64,000 nucleotides of DNA from the human T2T-CHM13v2.0 reference genome, Homo sapiens: assembly GCA_009914755.4 (NCBI GenBank), contig CP068257.2:16320001-16384000 (forward strand). Direction: 5' to 3'. Positions 54,276 through 64,000 of this stretch are shown here, piece by piece; the first letter of the stretch is position 1, and each line of letters opens with the position of its first letter. A program made the translations under genes and the position numbers. The notes under the pieces are model-generated. The model searched no databases. It saw nothing but the letters and a program-made list of their open reading frames with translations, and was not told the DNA's origin.

Positions 54276-54496
54276 AAAATTGGTACACAGAGTGGGATGT
54301 TGCTATAAAGATACCTGAAAATATGGAAACAACTTTGGAACTGGGTAATGGGCAGATGTTGGAAGAGTTCGGAAGGCTTAGAAGACAGGCATATGAGGAG
54401 AAGTTTGAAACTTCTTAGAGACTGGTTAAATCGTTGTATACAAAATGCTGATAGTGACATGGACAATGAAGTCCAGTCTGATGAGATCTCAGATGG
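54276..54496 (+). mobile_element. MaLR internal region, first about 220 bp only (element X)
   Basis: AAAATTGGTACACAGAGTGGGATGTTGCTATAAAGATACCTGAAAATATGGAAACAACTTTGGAACTGGGTAATGGGCAG... is the same start as the full internal region at 54881. Confidence 0.75.
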
Positions 54497-54880
54497 TGAT
54501 ATGGTTTGGCTCTGTGTCCCCACCCAAATCTCCCATTGATTTATGATCTTTAGTGTTGGAGGAGGGGTCTGATGGGAGGTGATTGGATCATGGGGGTGGA
54601 TTTCCCCCTTGCTGTTCCCATGATAGTGAGTGAGTTCTCAGGAGATCTGGTTGTTTAAAAGTGTGTAGCACTTCCCCCTTTGCCTTCTCTCTCTCCTGTC
54701 ACTGTGTGAAGATGTGCTTGCTTCCTCTTTGCCTTCCACCATGATCGTAGGTTTTCTGAGGCCTCCCCAGCCATGCTTCCTATATAGCTTGTGGGACTGT
54801 GAGTCAATTAGACCTCTTGTCTTCATAAATTAGCCAGTCTCAGGTAGTTCTTTATAGCAGTGCAAGAATGGACTAATACC
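54497..54880 (+). mobile_element. MaLR LTR 'b', 5' LTR of inner element Y
   Basis: TGATATGGTTTGGCTCTGTGTCCCCACCCAAATCTCCCATTGATTTATGATCTTTAGTGTTGGAGGAGGGGTCTGATGGGAGGTGATTGGATCATGGGGGTGGATTTCCCCCTTGCTGTTCCCATGATAGTGAGTGAGTTCTCAGGAGATCTGGTTGTTTAAAAGTGTGTAGCACTTCC...GGACTAATACC. Confidence 0.8.
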
Positions 54881-56589
54881 GAGAATTGGTACCAGAGAAG
54901 TGGGGCATTGCTATAAAGATCCCTGAAAATGGGGAAGTGACCTTGGAATTGGATAATGGGCAGAGGGTTGAACAACTTGAGGGCTCAGAAGAAGACAGGA
55001 AAATGAGGGAAAGTTTGGAATGTCCTGGAGACTCATTGAATGGTTGTGACCAAAATGATGATAGTGATATGGACAGTGAAGTTCCAGCTGAAAAGGACTC
55101 AGATGGAGATAAGGAAGTTACTGGGAACTGGAGCAAAGATCATGTTGCTATGCTTTAGCAAGGAGACTGGCAGCATTGTGCCCCTGGTCTAAGTATCTGT
55201 GGAGCTTTGAACTTGAGAGAGATGATTTAGGGTATCTTGTGGAAGAAATTTCTAAGCAGCAAAGCTTAGAAATGATGTGGCCCAGCTGCTTCTAAAACAT
55301 ATGCTCGTTTGCATAAACAAAGGAATGACCTGAAACTAGAACTCATATTTAAAAGGGAAGCAGAGCGTAGAAGTTTGGAAAATTTGCAGCCTGACTATGG
55401 TAGGAAAGAAAAACCCATCTTTCTGGGGAGGAATCAAGGCTGCAGAAATTTGCATAAGTAAAGAACAGCCGAATATTATTGGCCAAGACAATGGGGAAAA
55501 TCCCTCCAGGGCATTTAAGAGACCTTCATGGCAGCCCATCCTGTAACAGGCCTGGAGGCCTAGGAGGGAAAAATAGTTTTGTGGGCCAGATCCAGGGCCT
55601 TGCTGCTCTGTGCAGCCCTGGGACATGGCACCCTGCATCCTAGCTGCTTCAGCTATGGCCATGGCTAAAAGGGGCCAAGGTGGAGCTCAGGCTGTTACTT
55701 TAGAGGATGCAAGCCGCAAGCCTTGGTGGCTTCCATGTGGTATTGGTCCTGTGGGTGCGAAGAAGGCAAGAGTTGAAGCTTGGAAGCCTCCACCTAGATT
55801 TCAGAGGATATATGAAAATGCCTTGATGTCCAGGCAGAAGAAAAAAAGAATGGTTTCATGGGCCAGGACCAGGCCCAAGCCCAGGCGCATGACCTTGCTA
55901 CCCTACAAAGCCTCAGGACACTGCTACCTGCAGGGGTAGAGCCCTCATGGAGGACCTGTACTTGGGCAGTGCAGAGGGGAAATGTGAGGTTGTAGTCCCC
56001 ACATAGAGTTTTCACTGGGACACTGCCTAGTGGACCTATGAAAAGAGGGCCACCATTCTTCAGAACCCAGGATGGTAGATCCACTGACAGCTTGCACTGT
56101 GCACTTCAAAAAGCTGCAGGTACTCTATGCCAGCCCATGAAAGCAGCCAAGGGATCTGTACCCTGCAGAGCCACAGAGGCAGAGCTGCCCAAGACCTTGG
56201 AAACCCACCACTTGCATCAGTGTGGCTTGGATGTGAGTCATGGAGGTCAAAGGAGATTATTTTGGAGCTTTAAGATTTAATGAGTGCCCTGGCAGATTTT
56301 GGACTTGCATGGGGCCTGCGGCCCCATTGTTTTGGCCAATTTATCCCATTTGGAAGAGGAGCATTTACTTAATGTCTGTATCCCCATTGTATCTTGGAAG
56401 TAACTAACTTGCTTTTGATTTTACAGGCTCGTAGTTGGAAGGGACTTGTCTTGTCTCAGATGAGACTTTGCAATTGGACTTTTGAGTTAATGCTGAAATG
56501 AGTTAAGACTTTGCGGGATTGTTGGAAAGGCATGATTGTGTTTTGAAATGTGAGAAGGCCATGAGATTTGGAAGGGGGCAGGGGTGGAG
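54881..56589 (+). mobile_element. MaLR internal region, complete about 1.7 kb (element Y)
   Basis: GAGAATTGGTACCAGAGAAGTGGGGCATTGCTATAAAGATCCCTGAAAATGGGGAAGTGACCTTGGAATTGGATAATGGGCAG... It contains the acidic 90-aa ORF 54886-55158 (…DQNDDSDMDSEVPAEKDSDGDKEV…) but no gag/pol. Confidence 0.8.
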
Positions 56590-56820
56590 TGATATGGTTT
56601 GGCTCTGTGTCCCTACTCAAATCTCATGTTGAATTATGATCTTCTGTGTTGGAGGTGGGGCCTCGTGGGAGGTAAGTTGATCATGGGGGTGGATTTTCTC
56701 CTTGCTGTTCTTGTGATAGTGAGGGAGTTTTCACATTGGTTGTTTAAAAGTGTGTAGCACTTCCTTTGCTCTTTCTCCTTTCACCATGTGAAGATGTGCT
56801 TGCTTCCCCTTTGCCTTCCA
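56590..56820 (+). mobile_element. MaLR LTR 'c', truncated (first about 230 bp), 3' LTR of element Y
   Basis: TGATATGGTTTGGCTCTGTGTCCCTACTCAAATCTCATGTTGAATTATGATCTTCTGTGTTGGAGGTGGGGCCTCGTGGGAGGTAAGTTGATCATGGGGGTGGATTTTCTCCTTGCTGTTCTTGTGATAGTGAGGGAGTTTTCACATTGGTTGTTTAAAAGTGTGTAGCACTTCC... It breaks at ...TTTGCCTTCCA and joins directly to internal sequence. Confidence 0.75.
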
Positions 56821-57683
56821 GCCACTCTGGCTTCAGCCTTGGCTCAAAGAACCCCAGAGACATCTCAGGCTGACGCTTCAGAGGGCATGAGCCATAAGCC
56901 TTGGTGGCTTCTGTGTGGTGTTAAGCCTGTAAGCATGCAGATTGCAAGAGTGAGTGAGGCTTGGCAGTCTCATAGATTTCAGAGGATGTATGAAAAGCCT
57001 AGGTTTTCAGGCGGAAGCTTGTTGCAGAGGCAGAGCCCTCACAGAGAATCTTTACTAGGACAATGCAGAGGGGAAATGTGGGGTTGGAGGCCCCACACAG
57101 TGTGCCCACTGGGCCACTCCCTAGTGGAGCTGTGGGAAGGGGGCTGCCACCTTCCAGAACCCAGAATGATAGATCTACTCACAGCTTGCACCCTGCACCT
57201 AGAAAATTCACAGGCACTCAACAACCTATGGGAGAAGCTGTGGAGCCTGAACACTGCAACGCCAGAGCGGTATTGCTGCTCAAGGCCTTGGGAGCCTACC
57301 CCTTGCACCACTGTGCCCTGGATGTGGGACATGGAGTCAAAGGAGATTACCTTGGAGCTTTGTGATTTAATGGCTGCCCTGCTGGGTTTCAAGCTTGCAC
57401 ATAGGCCCCTTTCTGTTGGCTGATTTCTCCCTTTTGGAACAGCAATGTTTATGCAGTGCCTGTACCCACACTGTATCTTGGAAGTAACTAACTTGTTTTT
57501 TATTTTACAGGCTTATGGGTGGAAAGTACTTGCCTTGTCTCAGATGAGACTTGAGACTTTGGACTTTGAACTTTTGGGTTAATACTTGAATGAGTTAAGA
57601 CTTTGGGGGACTATTGGGAAGGTATGATTATATTTTGCAGTGTGAGAAGGATATGATTTTTGGGAGAGGTCAAGGGTGGAATT
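56821..57683 (+). mobile_element. MaLR internal region, 3' about 860 bp (remainder of element X)
   Basis: GCCACTCTGGCTTCAGCCTTGGCTCAAAGAACCCCAGAGACATCTCAGGCTGACGCTTCAGAGGGCATGAGCCATAAGCCTTGGTGGCTTCTGTGTGGTGTTAAGCC is homologous to 55640-55760 of the complete internal region. This segment carries the 211-aa ORF 56788-57423. Confidence 0.75.
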
Positions 57684-58090
57684 ATATAGTATGGATATTT
57701 GTCTCTGCTCAAATCTCATGTTGAATTGTAATCCCCAATGCTGGAGGTGGGGCCTAGTGGGAGGTATTTGGGTCATGGGGGTGAATCCCTCATGGCTTGG
57801 TGCTGTCTTTGCAACAGTGAGTGAGTTCTCACAAAATCTGGTCATTTAGAAGTGTGTGGCACCTTCACCCCCACTCTCTCTTGCTCCTGCTTTTGCCATA
57901 TGACATGCTTACTCTTGCTTTGTCTTCTGCCGTGAGTAAAAGCTTCCTGAGGTCTCCCCATAAGCTGAGCAAATGCTGGAACTGAGTTTCCTGCACAGCC
58001 TGCAGAACTGTGAGCCAATTAAACCTATTTTCTTTATAAATTACCCAGTTTCAGGTGTTTCTTTATGGTAACAGGAGAATGGCCTAATAC
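57684..58090 (+). mobile_element. MaLR LTR 'd', 3' LTR of outer element X
   Basis: (T)ATATAGTATGGATATTTGTCTCTGCTCAAATCTCATGTTGAATTGTAATCCCCAATGCTGGAGGTGGGGCCTAGTGGGAGGTATTTGGGTCATGGGGGTGAATCCCTCATGGCTTGGTGCTGTCTTTGCAACAGTGAGTGAGTTCTCACAAAATCTGGTCATTTAGAAGTGTGTGGCACCTTCACC...AGGAGAATGGCCTAATAC. GGGAG direct repeat at 53861-53865 and 58091-58095. Confidence 0.8.
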
Positions 58091-60198
58091 GGGAGTGTGG
58101 GAGAGGGTGTGGATTGAAAAACTGCCATTAAAAGTAATGGGAAAAGCCCCAATTATTTTTGCACCAGCCTACAGTCCTACACGTGTGCTCCTTGTATCTA
58201 AAATAAAAACTGAAGTTTATAAAGCGGGGAATTGCAGTTATGCCAAATACTCTCAGATTTCCTGGAAGAGTCAACGAATAGGCACACACCTTGCTTGGTT
58301 GATCTATTATTGCAACCTTCTAATACCCTCCATGACTTGATTATTATCTGCCTGTCCAGTCCTAATTACACCACTTGTTAAGTTCACGACTTAGAAAAAT
58401 CTACTGAGCTATTTCACATGTTAGTAATCTTATGTAAACAATAAAGATAAAAATGATTATTTGTAGAGTTTTTGTGAGAATGATATAATCTGTGCTCAAG
58501 TTCTTAACCATGCTTGCTACATATTAAGATATCAAAAATGCTAGTTATTATCACTATTATTTTAAGCTATTTCTTTCTAGCTAATGTTCAAAACAAGAAT
58601 AAAAGCAGGTATTCTTGGATGTTACTTGAAATTAGTATTGTGTGCTATGGAAAGACCTATATAGAGAATGCAAAGTTAATATTACAAAAATTTTAAATCT
58701 GTCTTTTAAGGATAGTGGGGAGGAAGTGAGGATGGTTAATGGATTTGAAAACATAGATAGAATGAATAAGATCTAATATTTGATAGCACAATAGAGAGAT
58801 AATATTAAAAATAATTTATTTGTACATTTTAAAATAATTAAGAGTATAATTCAGTTGTTTGTAATACAAAGAAAGGATAAATGCTTAAGATGATGAGTAC
58901 CTCCATTTACCCTGATGTGATTATTATACATTGTATGCCTGTATCAAAATATCTCATGTACCTCATAATTATATATAACTACTATATATCCACAAATTTA
59001 AAAAAAACTTTAAAATTTCCTTTTACATCTTTAAAATATCTTTGTTTTTTAAAAAATAATTTTAGTGATGTATTAACTAATTTTTCTCTAGTAACAAACA
59101 ATCTCTGACTTACAAACAAGAGTTCATCTCTTACGCACATTACATGTATGGGGCAGCTGTAGCCTGTCCTCCATATGTCTCCTGCCATATCACACTGAGG
59201 AATCAGCCCGTATGTGGACCTACCCATTCTTGATCAGAAGAAAAGCAATAGAGCAGGGAGAAGCTCATAAGACTCTAAAAGCTTCTGCTTGGATACCGTG
59301 TGTGTCACATTTACCCACATTCTATTGACCAAAACATGTCACATGGCTAAGCCCAAACTCCGTGAGTCCAGGGACTCTTCTCTTTCTCTACTGGAAGGAC
59401 TGGCAGGTCATATGGAAATAGATGGCATTGAATGATCCTTTTAAGGGAAGGATGATAGTGAATAATTACAAAGAATTACATGATATGAAGCAAATGGACT
59501 TCAAAGGTACTTTTTGGTTTTGCCCAAATTTTCTATTTTCCCCGAAGAACCAGTTTTGAAATTGTTTAGTTGGCTCAGACAATTACTCATTTGAAGTTTC
59601 ACAGAGAATTTAAGAGAAAACTGTGGGTTGCTGGCCATCTAGGGCATCAATCTGCATCAGTTTAATTAAATTAATATGAAAAATTGTAGTCTAAGTCAAG
59701 GAAATTGAGGAGGTAAAAAGATACCTGTAAAATGACTGAAAGCTGCAAGCACATGTCAAATTATTTGTTTTGAAGTCATTTCAAATTGCAGTGGTACCTT
59801 CATATATTAAGCATAGTCTATTTGAACCACTATATTTAATTGCTATCCATCATTTACACCAAGTAATATGTGGTAAGGCTGAATTCCTCCTTTTTCTTTT
59901 GGCCTAATTTTGAGAGATGAAAACAATTTAATCTCTCAAAATAAATTTACACCTTTTATTCTTTAAACCCTTCAGTTCTTCTTCGCATAGAAAACACTGG
60001 TTTCCTCTTCAGTTTCAGTTGCCTCATTTTACTGCATTTGTTATAGACTGAATGTTTGGGTCTCTACAAAATATAGATGTTGAGGTCCTAACCCCTAGCT
60101 ATATTTGGAGATGGGGCCTCTAAGGAAATAATTAATGTTTAAATAAGGTCATAAGGGTAAGGCCCTGATCTGAAAGAATCATGTCTTTATAAGATAAG

Positions 60199-60312
60199 AT
60201 GGCTGGGCATGGTGGCACATACCTGTAATCCCAGCATTTTGGGAGGCTGAGATGGGAGGATCACTTGAGTCCAAGAGTTCAAGACCAGCCTGGCAAGATA
60301 GCAAGACCCCCT
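60199..60312 (+). mobile_element. Alu left monomer only (FLAM-like or 3'-truncated Alu)
   Basis: GGCTGGGCATGGTGGCACATACCTGTAATCCCAGCATTTTGGGAGGCTGAGATGGGAGGATCACTTGAGTCCAAGAGTTCAAGACCAGCCTGGCAAGATAGCAAGACCCC, then unrelated sequence with no right arm. Confidence 0.75.
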
Positions 60313-63300
60313 TCTCTCTATATTTATATGATGAGACACCAGAGAGCTTGCTTTCTCTTTCTTTTTGCATTAGGATGGAGAATTATAGAGAACTGTTTGG
60401 ATCTGTCCGTTTTGAAATACTGACTTCTCCACTATAGACCCCTAGTTGAATATTAAGTGATTGGCTAGAGATATATATTTGGAAGTTGTCAGCATAAAAG
60501 AGCCTGTTAATACCATGGCCTTGGATGACATTGGTTAGGTCTGACTACTTAGGGAAGAGTTCTGAACCCAGAGATACTCTGAAATGTAGAAGTCAGCCAC
60601 AGGAGGAAGTTCCAGTAAATGAGACCAAGAAGCAGCAGCCAGGGTAGTAAAGGGAAAATAAGCGTGTGTAATTCTTGAGGCTAAGTGACAATCAAGAGAG
60701 CTCTCATCCTGGTTTCAGTAACCCAGACATATGCATCGTAATTTGAGCTTTACTGCCCCCATACTCCTGATTATGTATTTTCTGATTCCAACTCTAGTCT
60801 ACCTTGTCCAGCAAACAGTTTCCTTCCAGACTGAGAAAAGGTAACATGGGGCTTGTTCTTCTTTCCCCACTGGAGTGAAGTAGACTAGTTCACCTTAGCT
60901 CAAAGGACTTCAGATTCTGGATTGTATGTTAATAAATCATCTACATATTTCTTCACTTTGATCATCAGCGATATCAACTAAAAGTATCTTAATATATATT
61001 TTATATAGCTTAGCTGAGTGAGTAAATATGTAGATTTCAGAGTGACAGTATTAATAACCACAGTGATAATTAAAAATGTTTAGATGTTGTATAGTAAGTC
61101 TGTGTTTTTCCTACCACCTCATAGTGGAGAACATAAAAACAGCCCTTCATGAGTGGAAAAGGGTAGGAGAATGTATGATATTGGAGGAAAGAGAACCAAG
61201 TCATTCCCCACAAAGGAATTTGTGTTCCTAAAACATCACTGCAAGAGTGTTATTATCTGAATATTTGTGTCCTCTCCACCTTAAATTCATATGTTGAAAA
61301 GGTAACTCCTAACATGATGTTACTTAGAGGTGAGGCCTTTGGGAGGCAATTAGGTTTAGGGGAGGTCATGAGGGTGAAGCCCCCGCCACCAATGCCCCAG
61401 GAAATTAGTGCTATTATAAGAAGTGATACCAGAGAGCTTGCTTCTCTCAGGATCACTGTATTATTTTCCTGGGACTGCTGTAACAAATCATCACAAACTT
61501 GAGGGTGTTAAACAGCAGACACTTATTCACTCACATTTTTACAGGCTAGAATCTAAAATCATGGTGTCAGCTGGGTTGTGCTTTCTTCAAAGGGTCCGGG
61601 AAAGATTTCCTCCCTTGAATCTTTCGGCTTCTGCTAGCTACAGGCTTTCCTTGGCCTGTGGTTGCATCACTCCAGTATCTGCCTCCATGGCCACATTGCC
61701 TCCTCTTCTGTCTCATATTTTCTTGTCTTTCTCATATAAGAATATTTTTCTTTGGATATAGGACACACTTGGATAATCCAGAATGATTTCATCTTGAGAT
61801 TCTTGATTTAATTACATCTGCAAATGGGACAAGTTTTCAAATAAGATAACATTCACAGGCTCCAGGCATTTGATGTAAATATCTTTGAGGGGCTATTTTT
61901 TTGGTCTGCTACATTTCCTCTTTGAGATTTGGGTATCTCGAAATTAATCAATAGGAAGGTTTTAAGGAGAAAAATAGGCATTAGGGAGTCTAATTTTCCA
62001 TTCCCCCAGCCACAAGTGTCTAGTTACTTTTGAGTAGTTAGATTGGTTGACTTTTCCAAGAAATCCTTCATGCCCATTATTTCACTCTTATTCCTTTATT
62101 CTTTTGTCATGGGAATGCTTTTCTAAACTCAATTCAACATGCAGTTAACTCATACAGAGAAACTCCTAGATGTTGTGTATTGTTCTAAACTCCAATGAGC
62201 ATTATCTTGTTTAGTCTTCACAATAAACAGAGACACTTAGAGGTTACTTGCTCAAGTTCCTTTGGAACCCAATCTCTTGATTCCAACTTTAATGCTTTCT
62301 CCACTCCTCTTAAGAGATAAGCATGAAAGGGCAAGTTTTGGGAAGGAGAAAGGCAGGCACATGTTAAGCTGGTAACGGCTGTTGCCTAAATGCCTAATGA
62401 AAGATTTCATAGGAATGATCTCATAGTTATATGAGAGCAAGAATGGGTCATGGCCAGCACTGGAGTGTCTGTCTAAGAACACTTAAAGGAGAGATAACCC
62501 ACCTACTTCACTAGTGTCCTTGGGTTTGGCCTATGTCAGGATACAGGTGGGTCTGATTGCTTAGCTGTAGCAACTGGCTGACACTAGCTGGGGATAAGGG
62601 GGTGGGGACTGGCTCACTACAAAGAGATTCCCCAGCTGGAGCTGCTCTCAAGGGGAGGTGGTGTGGGGGCTTAGCTGCTGTGAAAAACTGGGTGGCCAGT
62701 TGGTTGTGGTATGAGCCAGACTGAGAGGGATGTTATTTACGGGAGCCAGTTCCAGCTGGTAGTCATACAGGATGAGGCCACCCTGCAGAGATGGTAGCAG
62801 GCAGGGGTGGGAAAAGCGTGGGCCAGGGACCAGTGCTGAGCTTGGGTAACAAAAAGGATGTCGCGAACCCAATCAGGAATGAAGGGCAACTGAGTGTCAA
62901 ATGTGTGGAGTTGTTGGCTGTGCATCTGGGTCCACTCTTGTTGGTAAAGAGGAGCCTGGCTGGGGCAGGCACGGTGCCTCATACTGTTCTGAGTTTGTCC
63001 CCTGGATTATCTTTGGCACAAATGCTTTAATTTGTTTTCTCCCCTTAACCAATTACATTGGTAGGAAAGTCATAGGCAGGTTTTATAGCAGTATTTACCC
63101 TTTACCCTGTATATGACCTTAATATTTTTGATCTACAAAATGTAAATATTTTTACATTCCACCTCTCTTTCTCATACAGAAAATGTGAGGATCAATAAAA
63201 CAGTATACATATGGCTTTCCTGGAAAGAATTGCTATGGAATATAAACGCTTCTTGGAAAGGAGATGAAACAGCACAGAGTATCTGATTCTCAAAGCATGC

Positions 63301-64000
63301 AAAACTAGTGATTAGTTATGGTAAAAGAGAAGGCAAGAGACAGTCCCCCTATGAGAATAACTTTGGTTGACTTACACTGTTTTTACAATGTATTTGTTTA
63401 CTGTGTTGAAATTATTGGCCAGAGATTCTGACATGAGTGTTTTTTATTTCCTGCATCTCCAACTAAAACTCCTCATTTCTTTTTCTTTTTTAAAAATTTT
63501 TTGCTGCAAGGACAAAAAAATGCTCCCCATTTCTTTTTTAATTAACTTAGTTGCTAACGAGGAGATTCAAAACCTAAATGTTTAGAATATATTTTGGAAA
63601 TCCTTCTAACCATGATAATAAAGACGAGGTCTCACTTGTTTGCCTATACACTACTGGTATCCTATTCTTTCTTTGATTTTGAATGTTATATCCTGGTATA
63701 GATAGACCCGTGGGCATAACAGTGATGGAGAAAAGGTAGGGCAGGGCGCAAGTCCTGAACTTTGACCTAGAAATTCAGATGAAATAAAAATTCTAAACTG
63801 GTTTATTTAGGATCATATACATATGAAAACATAAAAAATGGGTATAATGAAATTTCTGCCTGATTCGTGAGCAAATCCAAGGATGTTCTCAAGTGGGAGC
63901 ATTTTGCTTCTTTGCTTTCCTGCCTGACTGAAAAGAGGAAGTTCTGAAGATGGGAAGTCTATGGATGGCACTTTTCTGGAACTGGCAGGGTGTACCTGAC

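Noticed and set aside
56788-57423. 211-aa ORF and 54886-55158 acidic 90-aa ORF
   Set aside because: Both lie in MaLR internal sequence (THE1/MST-int). MaLRs are non-autonomous and these frames have no gag/pol/env features. The same sequence recurs in antisense at 37265-38836.

Overview
This window reads as primate (human-type) nuclear genomic DNA, not a prokaryotic or viral locus. It is AT-rich, CpG-depleted outside young Alus, and densely populated by interspersed repeats. By eye I can support at least 17 Alu insertions, many with intact target-site duplications (TSDs), two of them AluY-like and young. There are at least 10 L1 fragments. One has an inverted/non-inverted architecture typical of twin priming, and one old L1 carries nested younger insertions. 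MIR fragments are present, along with an unusually high load of ERVL-MaLR (THE1/MST/MLT1-type) material. That includes one full-length LTR-int-LTR element with a 5-bp TSD, a solo LTR with a perfect 5-bp TSD inside an L1, and a nested/deleted MaLR-in-MaLR cluster. Nearly all ORFs in the supplied six-frame track are translations of Alu, L1 ORF2 or MaLR internal sequence. Some 'M' starts in that track are alternative start codons such as GTG, not ATG. I find no rRNA, tRNA, CRISPR, operon-like organisation or convincing complete protein-coding gene, and so no evidence of a novel multi-gene 'system'. Several things are not explained by repeats I recognise: a degenerate ~60-70 bp-unit tandem array (about 33640-34335), a few splice-site-bounded candidate exons (784-908, 1862-1938 on +; 40061-40163 on -), a 35-bp perfect palindrome, and several local direct or tandem duplications. 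All coordinates for repeat boundaries are hand-derived and should be treated as +/- 10-20 bp.
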